From the NCBI GenBank assembly GCA_964434285.1, contig CAYSUJ010000001.1, forward strand, positions 240,564-304,563: a DNA stretch of 64,000 nt, written 5' to 3'. Source of the stretch: an uncultured Candidatus Saccharibacteria bacterium (GTDB lineage Bacteria > Patescibacteriota > Minisyncoccia > Phycocordibacterales > UBA2100). The notes beneath the pieces were generated by a model that worked only from the letters and a program-made list of their open reading frames with translations, did not search any database and had not been told where the DNA came from. The position numbers and the translations under genes were made by a program. This document shows, in pieces, positions 9,914-19,124 of this stretch. Positions within the stretch are counted from its first letter, which is position 1. Every line of letters starts with the position of its first letter.

Positions 9914-11231
9914 CTTTGAAAAACATATCAAGCACACGGGCGCGAGCGTTCATCTTTCGGACGCAGAAAAAGCGCGCATGAAAAGCGTGCTCCAAAGCTA
10001 CATGCGCTTCCATCCCCTACCAGAACCCGTGACCACCTACACAGTGACGCGCGACTGGACACTCTTCCTCTATCGCCCTATCGCGACCTCACTCGTCCTC
10101 GTGCTCGTCGTCGGCTCCGGCGTGTCCTACGCCGCCGAAGGCGCGCTTCCGGGCGACGCGCTCTATACCATCAAGACGAGTGTGAACGAACCCGTGAAAG
10201 TCGCACTTGCCTCCACCGCAGCAGAAAAGGTAGAGGTTGAAATTGAACTCACCGAACGCCGCATCGCAGAGGCAACAGCACTCGCGGCCGACGATCGCCT
10301 CGACGAGATTACCGAAGCTAAGCTCGCAATCGCTCTTGATACACATGCCGAAGCGGCCGCAACTATCATGGAAGAAATCGACGAGGATGACGCGAGCGCG
10401 GGCGCCGAGCTCTCCACACGCTTTGAGACGCGCCTCCGCGCCCGCGAAGACGTCCTCACCGAGGTTCGTCATCAAGGCAAGAATGGAGATTCCGAAAAAA
10501 GCGTCGAGCGCTCGATCCGGACCGCAAGCTCGCGCGTGGCGCTCCTGCGCGAACGCTCCGAAGTCCGTCTCGCACTGGCTCCTGCGCTCGGCGGCAGCCT
10601 CGAAGAGGCTGCCGCCCCAGCGGCTGCAACCATAACCATGGCTGCAAGAGCTGCCACAACGCAAGAAGCAATTTCCCTCACCCTTTCCGCGGATATGGCA
10701 ACAGAAACCACAGAAACCGCTGCAACAAGTGGACCCGCCGTCGAACGGGCGACGGCTGAGCGCATGCACGCCTCTGCCGAGAACAAATTTAAAACAGTGA
10801 GCAAGAAGGCGCGCAAATCCGAGAAAGCCCGCGAGGATCTGAAGATCGCGGAGAACCTTCTCGAAGAGGGCGAAGACCACCTGGGCGATGACGACTACGC
10901 CGCCGCATTCTTCTCCTTCCGCGCCGCACTCGAACAAAGCGAGCGCGTGAGTGTCTTCCTCGATTCCGCAACAATCCTCCAAAAAGCACGCAATAAAAAT
11001 CAGAAGGTGGAGAGTAGAAAAGAGAAGGTGGAAAATGAAAGTCAGATACAAGAAAACAGAAAAGAGACAACAGAAAAAAGCCAAGAGGAGGGTTCCGGAG
11101 ATCAAAAAGATGAAAAGCGCAACGAGGAAAGCGACGATGAGCACAATACTGACGATGACGGGAAAAGCGACACCTCCGGCAGCTCAAAAGTAGAACTCGA
11201 GGTCTCCGGCGGTCTCAACGTCTCGCTCTAA
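9897..11231 (+). CDS. Putative membrane anti-sigma factor with DUF5667-like domain
   Basis: Overlaps the sigma gene end; single TM then AAEGALPGDALYTIK..E motif; acidic disordered tail. Confidence 0.72.
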   Translation: MNHMNNFEKHIKHTGASVHLSDAEKARMKSVLQSYMRFHPLPEPVTTYTVTRDWTLFLYRPIATSLVLVLVVGSGVSYAAEGALPGDALYTIKTSVNEPVKVALASTAAEKVEVEIELTERRIAEATALAADDRLDEITEAKLAIALDTHAEAAATIMEEIDEDDASAGAELSTRFETRLRAREDVLTEVRHQGKNGDSEKSVERSIRTASSRVALLRERSEVRLALAPALGGSLEEAAAPAAATITMAARAATTQEAISLTLSADMATETTETAATSGPAVERATAERMHASAENKFKTVSKKARKSEKAREDLKIAENLLEEGEDHLGDDDYAAAFFSFRAALEQSERVSVFLDSATILQKARNKNQKVESRKEKVENESQIQENRKETTEKSQEEGSGDQKDEKRNEESDDEHNTDDDGKSDTSGSSKVELEVSGGLNVSL

Positions 11232-11269
11232 TATCACGCATCACTCCGGGTACCAATCGATTTTTCTTA

Positions 11270-11307
11270 ATACGATAACTATACCCGACCGGATAGAGTT
11301 ATCGTAT
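11270..11307. repeat. 38-bp palindrome, copy 3 (isolated)
   Basis: ATACGATAACTAT-ACCCGACCGGAT-AGAGTTATCGTAT, upstream of the HAD gene. Confidence 0.9.
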
Positions 11308-11361
11308 GCGCAAAGACGGCTGCATTGGGGGTGGCACAACTCACCGTGCTAGAATCGCGGC

Positions 11362-12084
11362 ATGCCAAAGCATTTCTTTTTTGACCTCGACAACACGCTC
11401 ACCCTAAGCCGTGCGGGAATGGCACCGCGCCATGTACCAATGTTCCAAGAACTGTGCGCACGACATGACGTGGTAGTCGTCACGGGCGGCGCCGAAGAAC
11501 AAATACAAAAGCAGATCCCCTTTCCAAGCGCTGGCAATTTCACAATGTTGAGCCAGCAAGGTAATTACGCCGTGGCGAAAGACGGCACGCTGTTGTGGTA
11601 TGAGACGGTCACTCTTGAACAAGAAGCCGCTGTTCGCGCGTTTGCCGATCTTCTTACCGCAGAACTTGCCCTTCAGGTATCTGACTCGAACGATTTGTTC
11701 GAGAATCGTGGCAGCCAACTCGCATACAGCACGCTCGGTTTCCACGCGAAAAATGAGCTCAAGTACGCGTACGATCCTGATCAATCCAAGCGACGTGCAC
11801 TTCTCGCCGCGCATCCAGAAGAGATGGCACACCTGCATGCTGCAGGTATCGAGGCAATGCCGGCGGGCTCAACAACCATCGATTTCATTCTCAAGGGCAA
11901 GAATAAAGGTCACAACATCAGAAAGCTTATCGAAAATAATAACTGGCAGAAAGAAGAATGCCTCTACATCGGCGACGCCCTCTTCCCCGGCGGGAACGAC
12001 GAAACGGTGATCGGCGTCATCCCCACTCACTCAGTCAAGAACCCCGAGGAAACATTTGCATATCTCGCATCGCTCCTGGGCTAA
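11362..12084 (+). CDS. HAD-IIB family hydrolase (phosphomannomutase-like)
   Basis: FDLDNTL, VTGG, ENRGSQ, TTID, IGDALFPGGND motifs. Confidence 0.87.
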   Translation: MPKHFFFDLDNTLTLSRAGMAPRHVPMFQELCARHDVVVVTGGAEEQIQKQIPFPSAGNFTMLSQQGNYAVAKDGTLLWYETVTLEQEAAVRAFADLLTAELALQVSDSNDLFENRGSQLAYSTLGFHAKNELKYAYDPDQSKRRALLAAHPEEMAHLHAAGIEAMPAGSTTIDFILKGKNKGHNIRKLIENNNWQKEECLYIGDALFPGGNDETVIGVIPTHSVKNPEETFAYLASLLG

Positions 12085-12154
12085 CACCATTTCTTGCAGA
12101 ACCCGAGTAGGAGGCGTAATCTGCACACATCGTCAGCAGTGAAAGGGACGCGAC

Positions 12155-12511
12155 ATGACGAAAACGTTCTTTGCACTCTCAGTGCTTCTGAGCTGGACTG
12201 TTTCGAATGCAGCGACGGCGCAGGATGGCCACCACGGCCATGGACACAGCACGTATCACCCGTGGTACGAAAGTCTCTACGATCACAAAGGCCATTCGTG
12301 CTGCAACGACCGCGATTGCCGCCCAACCGAACATCGTGCAAATGCCGACGGAACGATCGAGGTCATGGTTGACGGCAACTGGATGAAAGTGCCGCCCGAG
12401 AAAATCCTTAACAAGTCTGCACCAGATCTCGGGAGTCATGTCTGTGCAACTCCACCAGTACCGTGGCAACCGACGAAAATTCTCTGCGTGGTTCTCGGTC
12501 ATGGCGTCTGA
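12155..12511 (+). CDS. Secreted cysteine-rich hypothetical protein
   Basis: Signal peptide, His-rich N-terminus, SCCNDRDCRP plus two further Cys; SD and terminator present. Confidence 0.7.
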   Translation: MTKTFFALSVLLSWTVSNAATAQDGHHGHGHSTYHPWYESLYDHKGHSCCNDRDCRPTEHRANADGTIEVMVDGNWMKVPPEKILNKSAPDLGSHVCATPPVPWQPTKILCVVLGHGV

Positions 12512-12527
12512 TCTGAAGCCAAACTGC

Positions 12528-12553
12528 AAGCCCCGTCTCGACGGGGCTTTTTT
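12528..12553 (+). terminator. Rho-independent terminator
   Basis: AAGCCCCGTC-TC-GACGGGGCTT followed by a T run. Confidence 0.75.
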
Positions 12554-12572
12554 CCAACCTCATCGTCCAGAC

Positions 12573-12614
12573 AAAAAACATCCCCGACCAGCGTACGCCG
12601 GTCGGGGACTTTTT
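12573..12614 (-). terminator. Terminator of the AAA operon (possibly bidirectional)
   Basis: TCCCCGACC...GGTCGGGGA stem flanked by an A run and a T run. Confidence 0.65.
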
Positions 12615-12633
12615 CTGAAAGAACTTCGGAAGG

Positions 12634-14115
12634 TTAGCCGTGAGCTGCCTTGCCCGCGCCGTTGAACGAAAGCTTCATAGCTTGTCCGGCGTTCACGAGG
12701 CCGTCGGCGAGCTTGCTCATGTCGTTGGTGTTGCCACCGGCGACCTGATTCCTGAACATCTCACCCTCAGCTTTCACCTCACGGGCAACGGCTTCGAGGT
12801 CAGCGCCGGTAATTTTGGCGTTGACGTCGCCGGTGCGCCGATTGGCTTCGAGCTCTGCTCGGTTCACAGCTTCCTTGACCCGCGCCGGGATTTCTCCCGC
12901 GAGGATTGCCCCGACACCCGAAAGATCGGTGTTGGGAGCAAGGAGCTTGCCCGCGAACATCTCCACCATCCTAACGACAGTGTCGGCGTCCGGTGCATGC
13001 ACCGGAACGACCAAGTCGATACGACCAGGACGCCGCATAGCAGCGTTGATCTTGTCGGCGTGATTCGAAGTCAGCACCGTTAGGATTTCCGAGGCCTTGC
13101 CGTCGATGCCATCGAGCTGGTTCAGAAGCTCGTTGACCTCTTTCGTGCGATCCAGCCCAGCCACGCGCTCGATGTCTTCAACGAAGACAACGACCGGCTG
13201 GTACTGCACCGCCCACTGCAGAGCCTGCGGGAGCTCGGCCGGATTCTTGACGTAAATGAACGTCCAGCCCGCGGCCGTCGACTCGCGCGCGATGTAACTC
13301 GCGAGCAAGGTCTTGCCGACTCCATACTCGCCCGCGAAGAGCACGCCGCGCTTGAGCGACTTACCCTGCGCCCTGCGCTGTGCCGCATACTTGATCGGCA
13401 CGAGCACGTTCCGGTCGATGGAGTTCTGCAGGTCCTGCCGGAAGATCGGAGTCTCGCCGGTGATCTTGAAGAATTTCGGCTTAGGCATCCGATCCGGCCG
13501 ACCCTGTGCGTCGTGGAACGCGATCGAGAAGGCTTTCCCCTTGTGGAGGCTTTCTTTCGTCGCGATCTCGCGCACTTTCTCGAGCAGACGACGAATGCGC
13601 TGCTCGTAGAGGCGTTTGCATTCGACATGGCACTGAAAGACGATGCGACCATCCTCGAAGGCAGTGTCGGTCCTGACCGTGGCACCGTCCATACCCGGAA
13701 GCTCGAATTGGCCCCAGGGAATCTGAACGGTCTTGCCGAGTTCGACCTCGACGTCGAGTTGGTGCGCATTACCGTCGATCGAGCTCATCTGGTTGAAAAG
13801 CCCGAGTCCGCTCGTGATCGCCTTCTTCAGTGCATGAGCCCCATCCCACGGAGCCACCGGAAGGGTGACGTGGATCTGGGTCCATTGCTGCTCGAAGTCG
13901 TCTTGACGCTCGAGTGCATCGATCACATCGCGCAGCTTCGCACCTTCGGGCAAGATGATTTTGTCGCCCTCGCGCCCGACGGACGGATTGTAGGCTTTCT
14001 CATCGCCACCGCCGGCAAATGCCGCGATGGCAGCCATGAGAGCCGCCTGCGAATCAGAGCCCCGACCGAGGATCTTCTCAAGAATGGCGCGTTCGTTTCC
14101 TTTAAGCTTAGTCAT
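12634..14115 (-). CDS. AAA+ ATPase with long N-terminal extension
   Basis: Walker A GEYGVGKT, Walker B VVFVEDIE, SRH TSNHADKINAAMRRPGRID; GGAG SD before 14115 (alternative start 14160). Confidence 0.9.
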   Translation of the reverse strand: MTKLKGNERAILEKILGRGSDSQAALMAAIAAFAGGGDEKAYNPSVGREGDKIILPEGAKLRDVIDALERQDDFEQQWTQIHVTLPVAPWDGAHALKKAITSGLGLFNQMSSIDGNAHQLDVEVELGKTVQIPWGQFELPGMDGATVRTDTAFEDGRIVFQCHVECKRLYEQRIRRLLEKVREIATKESLHKGKAFSIAFHDAQGRPDRMPKPKFFKITGETPIFRQDLQNSIDRNVLVPIKYAAQRRAQGKSLKRGVLFAGEYGVGKTLLASYIARESTAAGWTFIYVKNPAELPQALQWAVQYQPVVVFVEDIERVAGLDRTKEVNELLNQLDGIDGKASEILTVLTSNHADKINAAMRRPGRIDLVVPVHAPDADTVVRMVEMFAGKLLAPNTDLSGVGAILAGEIPARVKEAVNRAELEANRRTGDVNAKITGADLEAVAREVKAEGEMFRNQVAGGNTNDMSKLADGLVNAGQAMKLSFNGAGKAAHG

Positions 14116-14162
14116 GTTGACTTCTCCGTTTGTTTGGATTGACGTTAGGTTGACGTTCATCC

Positions 14163-14408
14163 TCAGGCATTCTCGAGGCAGACATCTACTGCTCTCGGAA
14201 CTTTATTGCCTGCGGAATCATCGACAGTACCAATGGCGAAATGGACGTTGAGTCCACGCGCGAGCTCCAATCCTCCTCGGACTGAAGCCACGACGAACTT
14301 GCGTCCGTCGTATTGGCTAGCATAGTCTTTCACACGCACCGTCCAGACTGTTCGTCCGACCGCCGCGAGATGAGACCCGCTGACAAAGCCGCGATGTCTT
14401 GCATTCAT
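14163..14408 (-). CDS. Small beta-rich protein, possibly OB-fold/cold-shock-like
   Basis: GGAGG SD; C-terminal LARGLNVHFAIG...GNKVPRAVDV resembles the end of cold-shock domains. Confidence 0.55.
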   Translation of the reverse strand: MNARHRGFVSGSHLAAVGRTVWTVRVKDYASQYDGRKFVVASVRGGLELARGLNVHFAIGTVDDSAGNKVPRAVDVCLENA

Positions 14409-14417
14409 CGCAGCCTC

Positions 14418-14894
14418 CTAGTGACGCGTCGATGGTTTTTCTCCCGTCGCGGAAGTGCCGCCGAAACGTTCACGAAGCGAGTCGAGAAATTCTTTCAGGC
14501 CTTCGCCATCAAGAACGCCGACAAGATTTTCGTGATCCGTCCAAACGACTTTCCAACCCTTCCTGATACCGATGTTGGGCTTCGCCCACAGTTCAGGAAA
14601 AGCATGGCGACACGAGACCCAGAACATGTCCTTAAGGACATCTGCCTGGGTGTCAAAGTATGCAGCTTCAGCCAACTTCTCCTCGCGCTCCTTTCCTCGG
14701 AGCATGAGGACGGCTGCTGCCGCCTCTTTGGACTTCTTCTGGTATTCGAGCATGAGGAAGAAGAGCCTGCGCATATCCTGGTCGGCAATGCCGACAGGAG
14801 TATCGTGCTCGCACCCTTCGTAATCAGGCTCGACAGAATCCTCATCCGTAACCCTAGCGAGCTCAGCCTGAATCGATTTAAGCCATGATGTCAT
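14418..14894 (-). CDS. Hypothetical protein (first gene of the AAA operon)
   Basis: AGGAG SD, 158 aa, operon-like spacing. Confidence 0.7.
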   Translation of the reverse strand: MTSWLKSIQAELARVTDEDSVEPDYEGCEHDTPVGIADQDMRRLFFLMLEYQKKSKEAAAAVLMLRGKEREEKLAEAAYFDTQADVLKDMFWVSCRHAFPELWAKPNIGIRKGWKVVWTDHENLVGVLDGEGLKEFLDSLRERFGGTSATGEKPSTRH

Positions 14895-15074
14895 GGCCGT
14901 CTCCTTTCTGACACTAGTTGACGTTATGACAGTAAGTAGTTTTTAGGCTGATTTACCTCCTTTTTCAAAGATCGAAAATCCGTCTCCATTTGGAGACGAG
15001 GTAGGATTATAATACAATAATGTGTATCCTGTCAAATACAATTTTGCTTTATTCATTTGCTATAATCCCGTTGC

Positions 15075-15833
15075 ATGTCCTCCCCCGCTCTCAAAATCAC
15101 GAATCTCAAAAAGAAGTATGCCAACGGCACCGAAGCCCTCAAGGGCGTTTCGCTCGAAGTGCCTGCGGGAGACTTCTTCGCACTTCTCGGGCCAAATGGC
15201 GCGGGGAAAACGACCATCATCGGCATCTCAACTGGCCTCGTAAACAAGAGCGAGGGTTCGGTTTCGGTATTCGGATACGACATCGACAAAGAGCCTGAGA
15301 TGGCGAAAGCGCAGATCGGTCTCGTCGGTCAAGAGATTAATTTCAACCCGTTCGAAAAGCCGATTGATATCGTCGTGAATCAGGGTGGCTACTACGGCAT
15401 CCCCCGCGCGGAGGCGATTCCCCGCGCTGAGCAACTTCTCAAAGACTTGGGGCTCGGCGAAAAGATGAACGTCAAATCCATGGAACTTTCCGGCGGCATG
15501 AAGCGTCGCCTCATGATCGCCCGCGCCCTCATACACAAGCCGCGCTTCCTCGTCTTGGACGAACCAACAGCGGGGGTGGACGTCGAACTCCGCCGCGGCA
15601 TGTGGGATTACTTACGCAAACTCACGTCCGAAGGCCTTACGATCCTACTCACTACACACTATCTGGAAGAAGCAGAACAACTCGCGAAGCATGTTGCCAT
15701 CATCCGAAAAGGCGAAATCGTCGCGAACGGCACCATGGATGAGATCCTCGGCATGCACCAAGATAAAGGCGGCGAGGGCTACAAAGGCGGCAGGCTTGAG
15801 GAAGTGTTCATCCAGCTCACGAAGGAGAATTAA
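15075..15833 (+). CDS. ABC transporter ATP-binding protein (YadG-like)
   Basis: GPNGAGKTT, LSGGMKRR, LDEPTAGVD, TTHYLEEAE. Confidence 0.95.
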   Translation: MSSPALKITNLKKKYANGTEALKGVSLEVPAGDFFALLGPNGAGKTTIIGISTGLVNKSEGSVSVFGYDIDKEPEMAKAQIGLVGQEINFNPFEKPIDIVVNQGGYYGIPRAEAIPRAEQLLKDLGLGEKMNVKSMELSGGMKRRLMIARALIHKPRFLVLDEPTAGVDVELRRGMWDYLRKLTSEGLTILLTTHYLEEAEQLAKHVAIIRKGEIVANGTMDEILGMHQDKGGEGYKGGRLEEVFIQLTKEN

Positions 15834-15930
15834 TTTGCAAGCTTCAAAGATCAATTCGCAAAAGAAATCACAATGAACAAATTACAAACATATACGAACA
15901 TTTGTGGCATGCGATTTGGAATTTCATTTG

Positions 15931-15959
15931 CAAATTGCAAATTGTCAAATTGAAAATTG
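15931..15959 (+). repeat. Degenerate heptamer array (CAAATTG)n directly before the permease start
   Basis: caaattg caaattg t caaattg aaaattg in an AT-rich intergenic spacer. Confidence 0.65.
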
Positions 15960-15960
15960 T

Positions 15961-16743
15961 ATGTCTCCTTCCCAACAATGGATTTCCTTCTACACCATGA
16001 TCCGCAAGGACGTCGTTCGTATGTTCCGCATCTGGGTTCAGACGTTCCTGCCATCGGTCATCACTTCCTCTCTCTACTTTCTCGTTTTTGGCACCGTTCT
16101 TGGTTCACGCATCGGAGAAATGCAGGGCGTGGATTACATGACCTTCGTTGTCCCGGGGCTCGTCATGCTCGCGATTGTCACTACGAGCTACGCGAACACG
16201 TCATTCACCTTTTTCGCTTCCAAATTCTTCGCAAAAAATATTGAGGAGATTCTCGTCTCACCCACGCCACCATGGCTCATGATCGCGGGGTTCGTCGGCG
16301 GTGGCATCGTGCGTGGTGTTATCACGGGCGCCCTGGTGCTTCTCGTTTCTCTTTTCTTCACGGGACTCTCGCTCTCGATCCATAACCTCATCATCATCCT
16401 CGGCTTCGCCGTCCTCACGTGTCTCGTATTCGCACTCGCTGGTCTCGTAAACGGCATTTATGCGAAATCAATTGATGGCATCAACATCGTCCCCACATTT
16501 GTCCTCACCCCACTCGTCTACCTCGGCGGCATCTTTTATTCAGTGCATGCCCTGCCCGACTGGTGGCAGGCAATCACGTACGCTAATCCCCTCTTTTATC
16601 TCATCAACGGCTTCCGCTATGGTTTCTTAGGCTTTTCAGACGTCTCTCTCACACTCGCCGTCAGCATCCTCGCGGCAATGGTGGTCGCCCTCGTAACACT
16701 CAACTGGTATCTCATCCGCACCGGCCTTGGCTTGAAGCAGTAG
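15961..16743 (+). CDS. ABC-2 type permease (YadH-like)
   Basis: RIWVQTFLPSVIT, VPGLVM, IEEILVSP, PLVYLGGIFYS, NPLFYLINGFRYGF. Confidence 0.93.
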   Translation: MSPSQQWISFYTMIRKDVVRMFRIWVQTFLPSVITSSLYFLVFGTVLGSRIGEMQGVDYMTFVVPGLVMLAIVTTSYANTSFTFFASKFFAKNIEEILVSPTPPWLMIAGFVGGGIVRGVITGALVLLVSLFFTGLSLSIHNLIIILGFAVLTCLVFALAGLVNGIYAKSIDGINIVPTFVLTPLVYLGGIFYSVHALPDWWQAITYANPLFYLINGFRYGFLGFSDVSLTLAVSILAAMVVALVTLNWYLIRTGLGLKQ

Positions 16744-16810
16744 CGATAGAAATTGCACTCGTTTCGTGGTACAAAGCTCCAAGTTTTGTTCTACGAGAAG
16801 GAGAAAAATC

Positions 16811-17782
16811 ATGGCGTATCTCTCGCCAATGCGCGAATCAATTCCAACGCTCGCCGGTTTGCATCTCGCCCATCGCGGCAAGGTCCGCGATAGCTATGAA
16901 CTCTTCGGCAATCGCCGGCTAATCGTCGCAACCGACGCAATCAGCATCTTCGACTTCGTCTTAAACGCGCTCGTCCCCGGCAAGGGAGCGATCTTGAACG
17001 CACTCAGCCACCACTGGCTTGCGTTCCTCGAGTCACGAGGCATTGCGACCCACATGATCGCCGCAGGAGCGCGAATCGACGCATACCTACCCGAATCCAT
17101 ACAGGGCAACACAGAGCTACAGACACGTGCGATGGTAGCGCGAAATCTCAAGATGATTCCGATCGAATTCATCGCGCGCAACTGCCTGACCGGCTCGGCC
17201 CTATCACAGTACCGAAAATCGGGGACCGTATACGGTCATGTTCTGCCAGCTGGCCTGCACGACGGTGACAGGCTCAAAGAACCTCTCTTCACGCCGACGA
17301 CAAAAGCAGAAGAGGGACACGACGAACCGATGAGTGAAGAGTACGTTCGCAGTGAGTATCCAGAAGCAACGCGTACCTTTCTGCACGCATTTGCTGTAAT
17401 AACGGCCGAAGCGTGGAGTAAGGGCATCGTACTTGCTGATAGTAAGGGCGAGCTTGATACAGAGGGCTGCATCGGCGATGAGTTCGGTACACCGGATTCC
17501 TCGCGCTTTTGGGACCTTGATGCGTGGATCACTTCGCGCGAAGCAAACAGCCGCACTGCACCAACGCCCTTCGACAAGCAGATGGTACGGGCGTGGGGTA
17601 TCGAGCGCGGCATCAATACGCTCGATCCTACGAACCCCGAACACGTCAAGCACGTTCATGATCTGGACGTTCCAGAGGAGCTGCTGCAAGCAACCGCAGA
17701 CATCTATCGGACGATTTTCCAAAAACTCACCGGCTTCCCCCTCGAAGAGTATCAACGCCGGTTTTTAGGGATTTCTGTCTAA
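16811..17782 (+). CDS. purC: SAICAR synthetase
   Basis: RGKVRDSY, TDAISIFD, PGKG, IPIEFIAR, FTPTTKAEEGHD, DEFGTPDSSRFW, FDKQMVR. Confidence 0.92.
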   Translation: MAYLSPMRESIPTLAGLHLAHRGKVRDSYELFGNRRLIVATDAISIFDFVLNALVPGKGAILNALSHHWLAFLESRGIATHMIAAGARIDAYLPESIQGNTELQTRAMVARNLKMIPIEFIARNCLTGSALSQYRKSGTVYGHVLPAGLHDGDRLKEPLFTPTTKAEEGHDEPMSEEYVRSEYPEATRTFLHAFAVITAEAWSKGIVLADSKGELDTEGCIGDEFGTPDSSRFWDLDAWITSREANSRTAPTPFDKQMVRAWGIERGINTLDPTNPEHVKHVHDLDVPEELLQATADIYRTIFQKLTGFPLEEYQRRFLGISV

Positions 17783-17786
17783 CTGA

Positions 17787-17816
17787 AAGGGCCCGCGCAT
17801 GTTGCGTCGGGCCCTT
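17787..17816. terminator. Hairpin between convergent purC and purM
   Basis: AAGGGCCCG...CGGGCCCTT stem. Confidence 0.6.
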
Positions 17817-17826
17817 CTCATTTCTT

Positions 17827-18951
17827 CTACCGCACCTCGAGTTCGCTCGCGGTGAACTCAATGCCCAGAGGACGAATGATCACTCGACGCTCCTGCGCCG
17901 CCTTAATCTCGCCAGCAATGAATCCCCCGAAAGGATACCTACCTTTCGCCAAGAGCTGCAGTGCAGCACGTGCGTCTTCTTCTGGCATGTAGAGCGCAAA
18001 TCCCGCGCCCATGTTGAAGTCGGCAAACATATTCCGTCGACTCACTCCACCTTTCTGTTCGATGAATTCGAAAAGCGGCATAGGATCGGGAATGACACCG
18101 ATTTCATACGAGAACGGCTCCGGAGCACGCATGAGCTTCCGCCACCCATGCCCAGTAATGTTCACACCATAGTGAATCTCGATGTGCGCATTGATGCAGT
18201 CCTCGATAAACGGGCCGTAGAGATGGGTGGGCGTGAGAAGCGCCTTTCCGTAATACTCGCCATTCGAAAGGGGCGCCAGATATCCTTTGCGCATTTCCTT
18301 TGCGAGGTCACGCGCAAACGTGAGTCCGTTCGCATGAATACCTGAACTCTCGAGAAGAACAATGACATCTCCATCTGCAATGTTGCGGCGGATCAGTTTC
18401 CCCTTTGGTGTGACAATTCCATCGGCAGAACCCGAAAGAATCGACCTGCCAGGCAACACGAGATCGCGCAGCGCCGGCGTCTCGCCACCACCCCACGCGC
18501 ACCGAACCTCACGACACGCCGCTTCCCAACCTCCTACAAGTGCCTCCGCCCGGGCAGCGCGCTCAAACCACGACGCATTCTCAACAGCGAGATGCATGTG
18601 GAGCGAGACCGGGACGACACCGAGCGTTGCCATGTCGTTCAGAATCATCGCGGCCGTACACTGCGCAAGATTGTCGTACGAGCAGCCGTCGTGCCTCCAA
18701 TCAGTATCTTCAGCAAGAGCGAGATCGAGTGCATAGTGATCGCCCACGATGTTTTTCGTCCCAAGCCCTTCGTTCACATGTCCGGCGTAGTGATCGGGGT
18801 ACTCAACAAGAAACACGCTCTCGCCACGCGACCACTCCACGACCCGTGCGTCCAACCTCTCGATGTTCGCGCCCGTGCGGCTCGCCGCTGCTTGTGCGGC
18901 TCGCTTAAACGCATCAAGGGTTCCGTAGCCCACTTCATACTTATTCCTCAT
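17827..18951 (-). CDS. purM: AIR synthase (phosphoribosylformylglycinamidine cyclo-ligase)
   Basis: EGLGTK, GGGETP, SSGIHANG, LLTPT, NITGHG, FNMGAG; GGAGG SD. Confidence 0.88.
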   Translation of the reverse strand: MRNKYEVGYGTLDAFKRAAQAAASRTGANIERLDARVVEWSRGESVFLVEYPDHYAGHVNEGLGTKNIVGDHYALDLALAEDTDWRHDGCSYDNLAQCTAAMILNDMATLGVVPVSLHMHLAVENASWFERAARAEALVGGWEAACREVRCAWGGGETPALRDLVLPGRSILSGSADGIVTPKGKLIRRNIADGDVIVLLESSGIHANGLTFARDLAKEMRKGYLAPLSNGEYYGKALLTPTHLYGPFIEDCINAHIEIHYGVNITGHGWRKLMRAPEPFSYEIGVIPDPMPLFEFIEQKGGVSRRNMFADFNMGAGFALYMPEEDARAALQLLAKGRYPFGGFIAGEIKAAQERRVIIRPLGIEFTASELEVR

Positions 18952-19124
18952 CCGAATCCTCCAGTGACAGAACAAGAAACGGGGAATCCCCCGTGACTCG
19001 CGCCACTCTACCCCACTCGCCTGCCAAAATCTATGCACGTCCTCCAGCACGTTCATCATGAAATCTTCATCTTCAATAGAGATACTATAAAAAGCGCGGG
19101 ATATGCGCTTGATACACTACTCGT

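Noticed and set aside
12634-14894. Prophage remnant
   Set aside because: No integrase, structural or packaging genes and no att-like repeats
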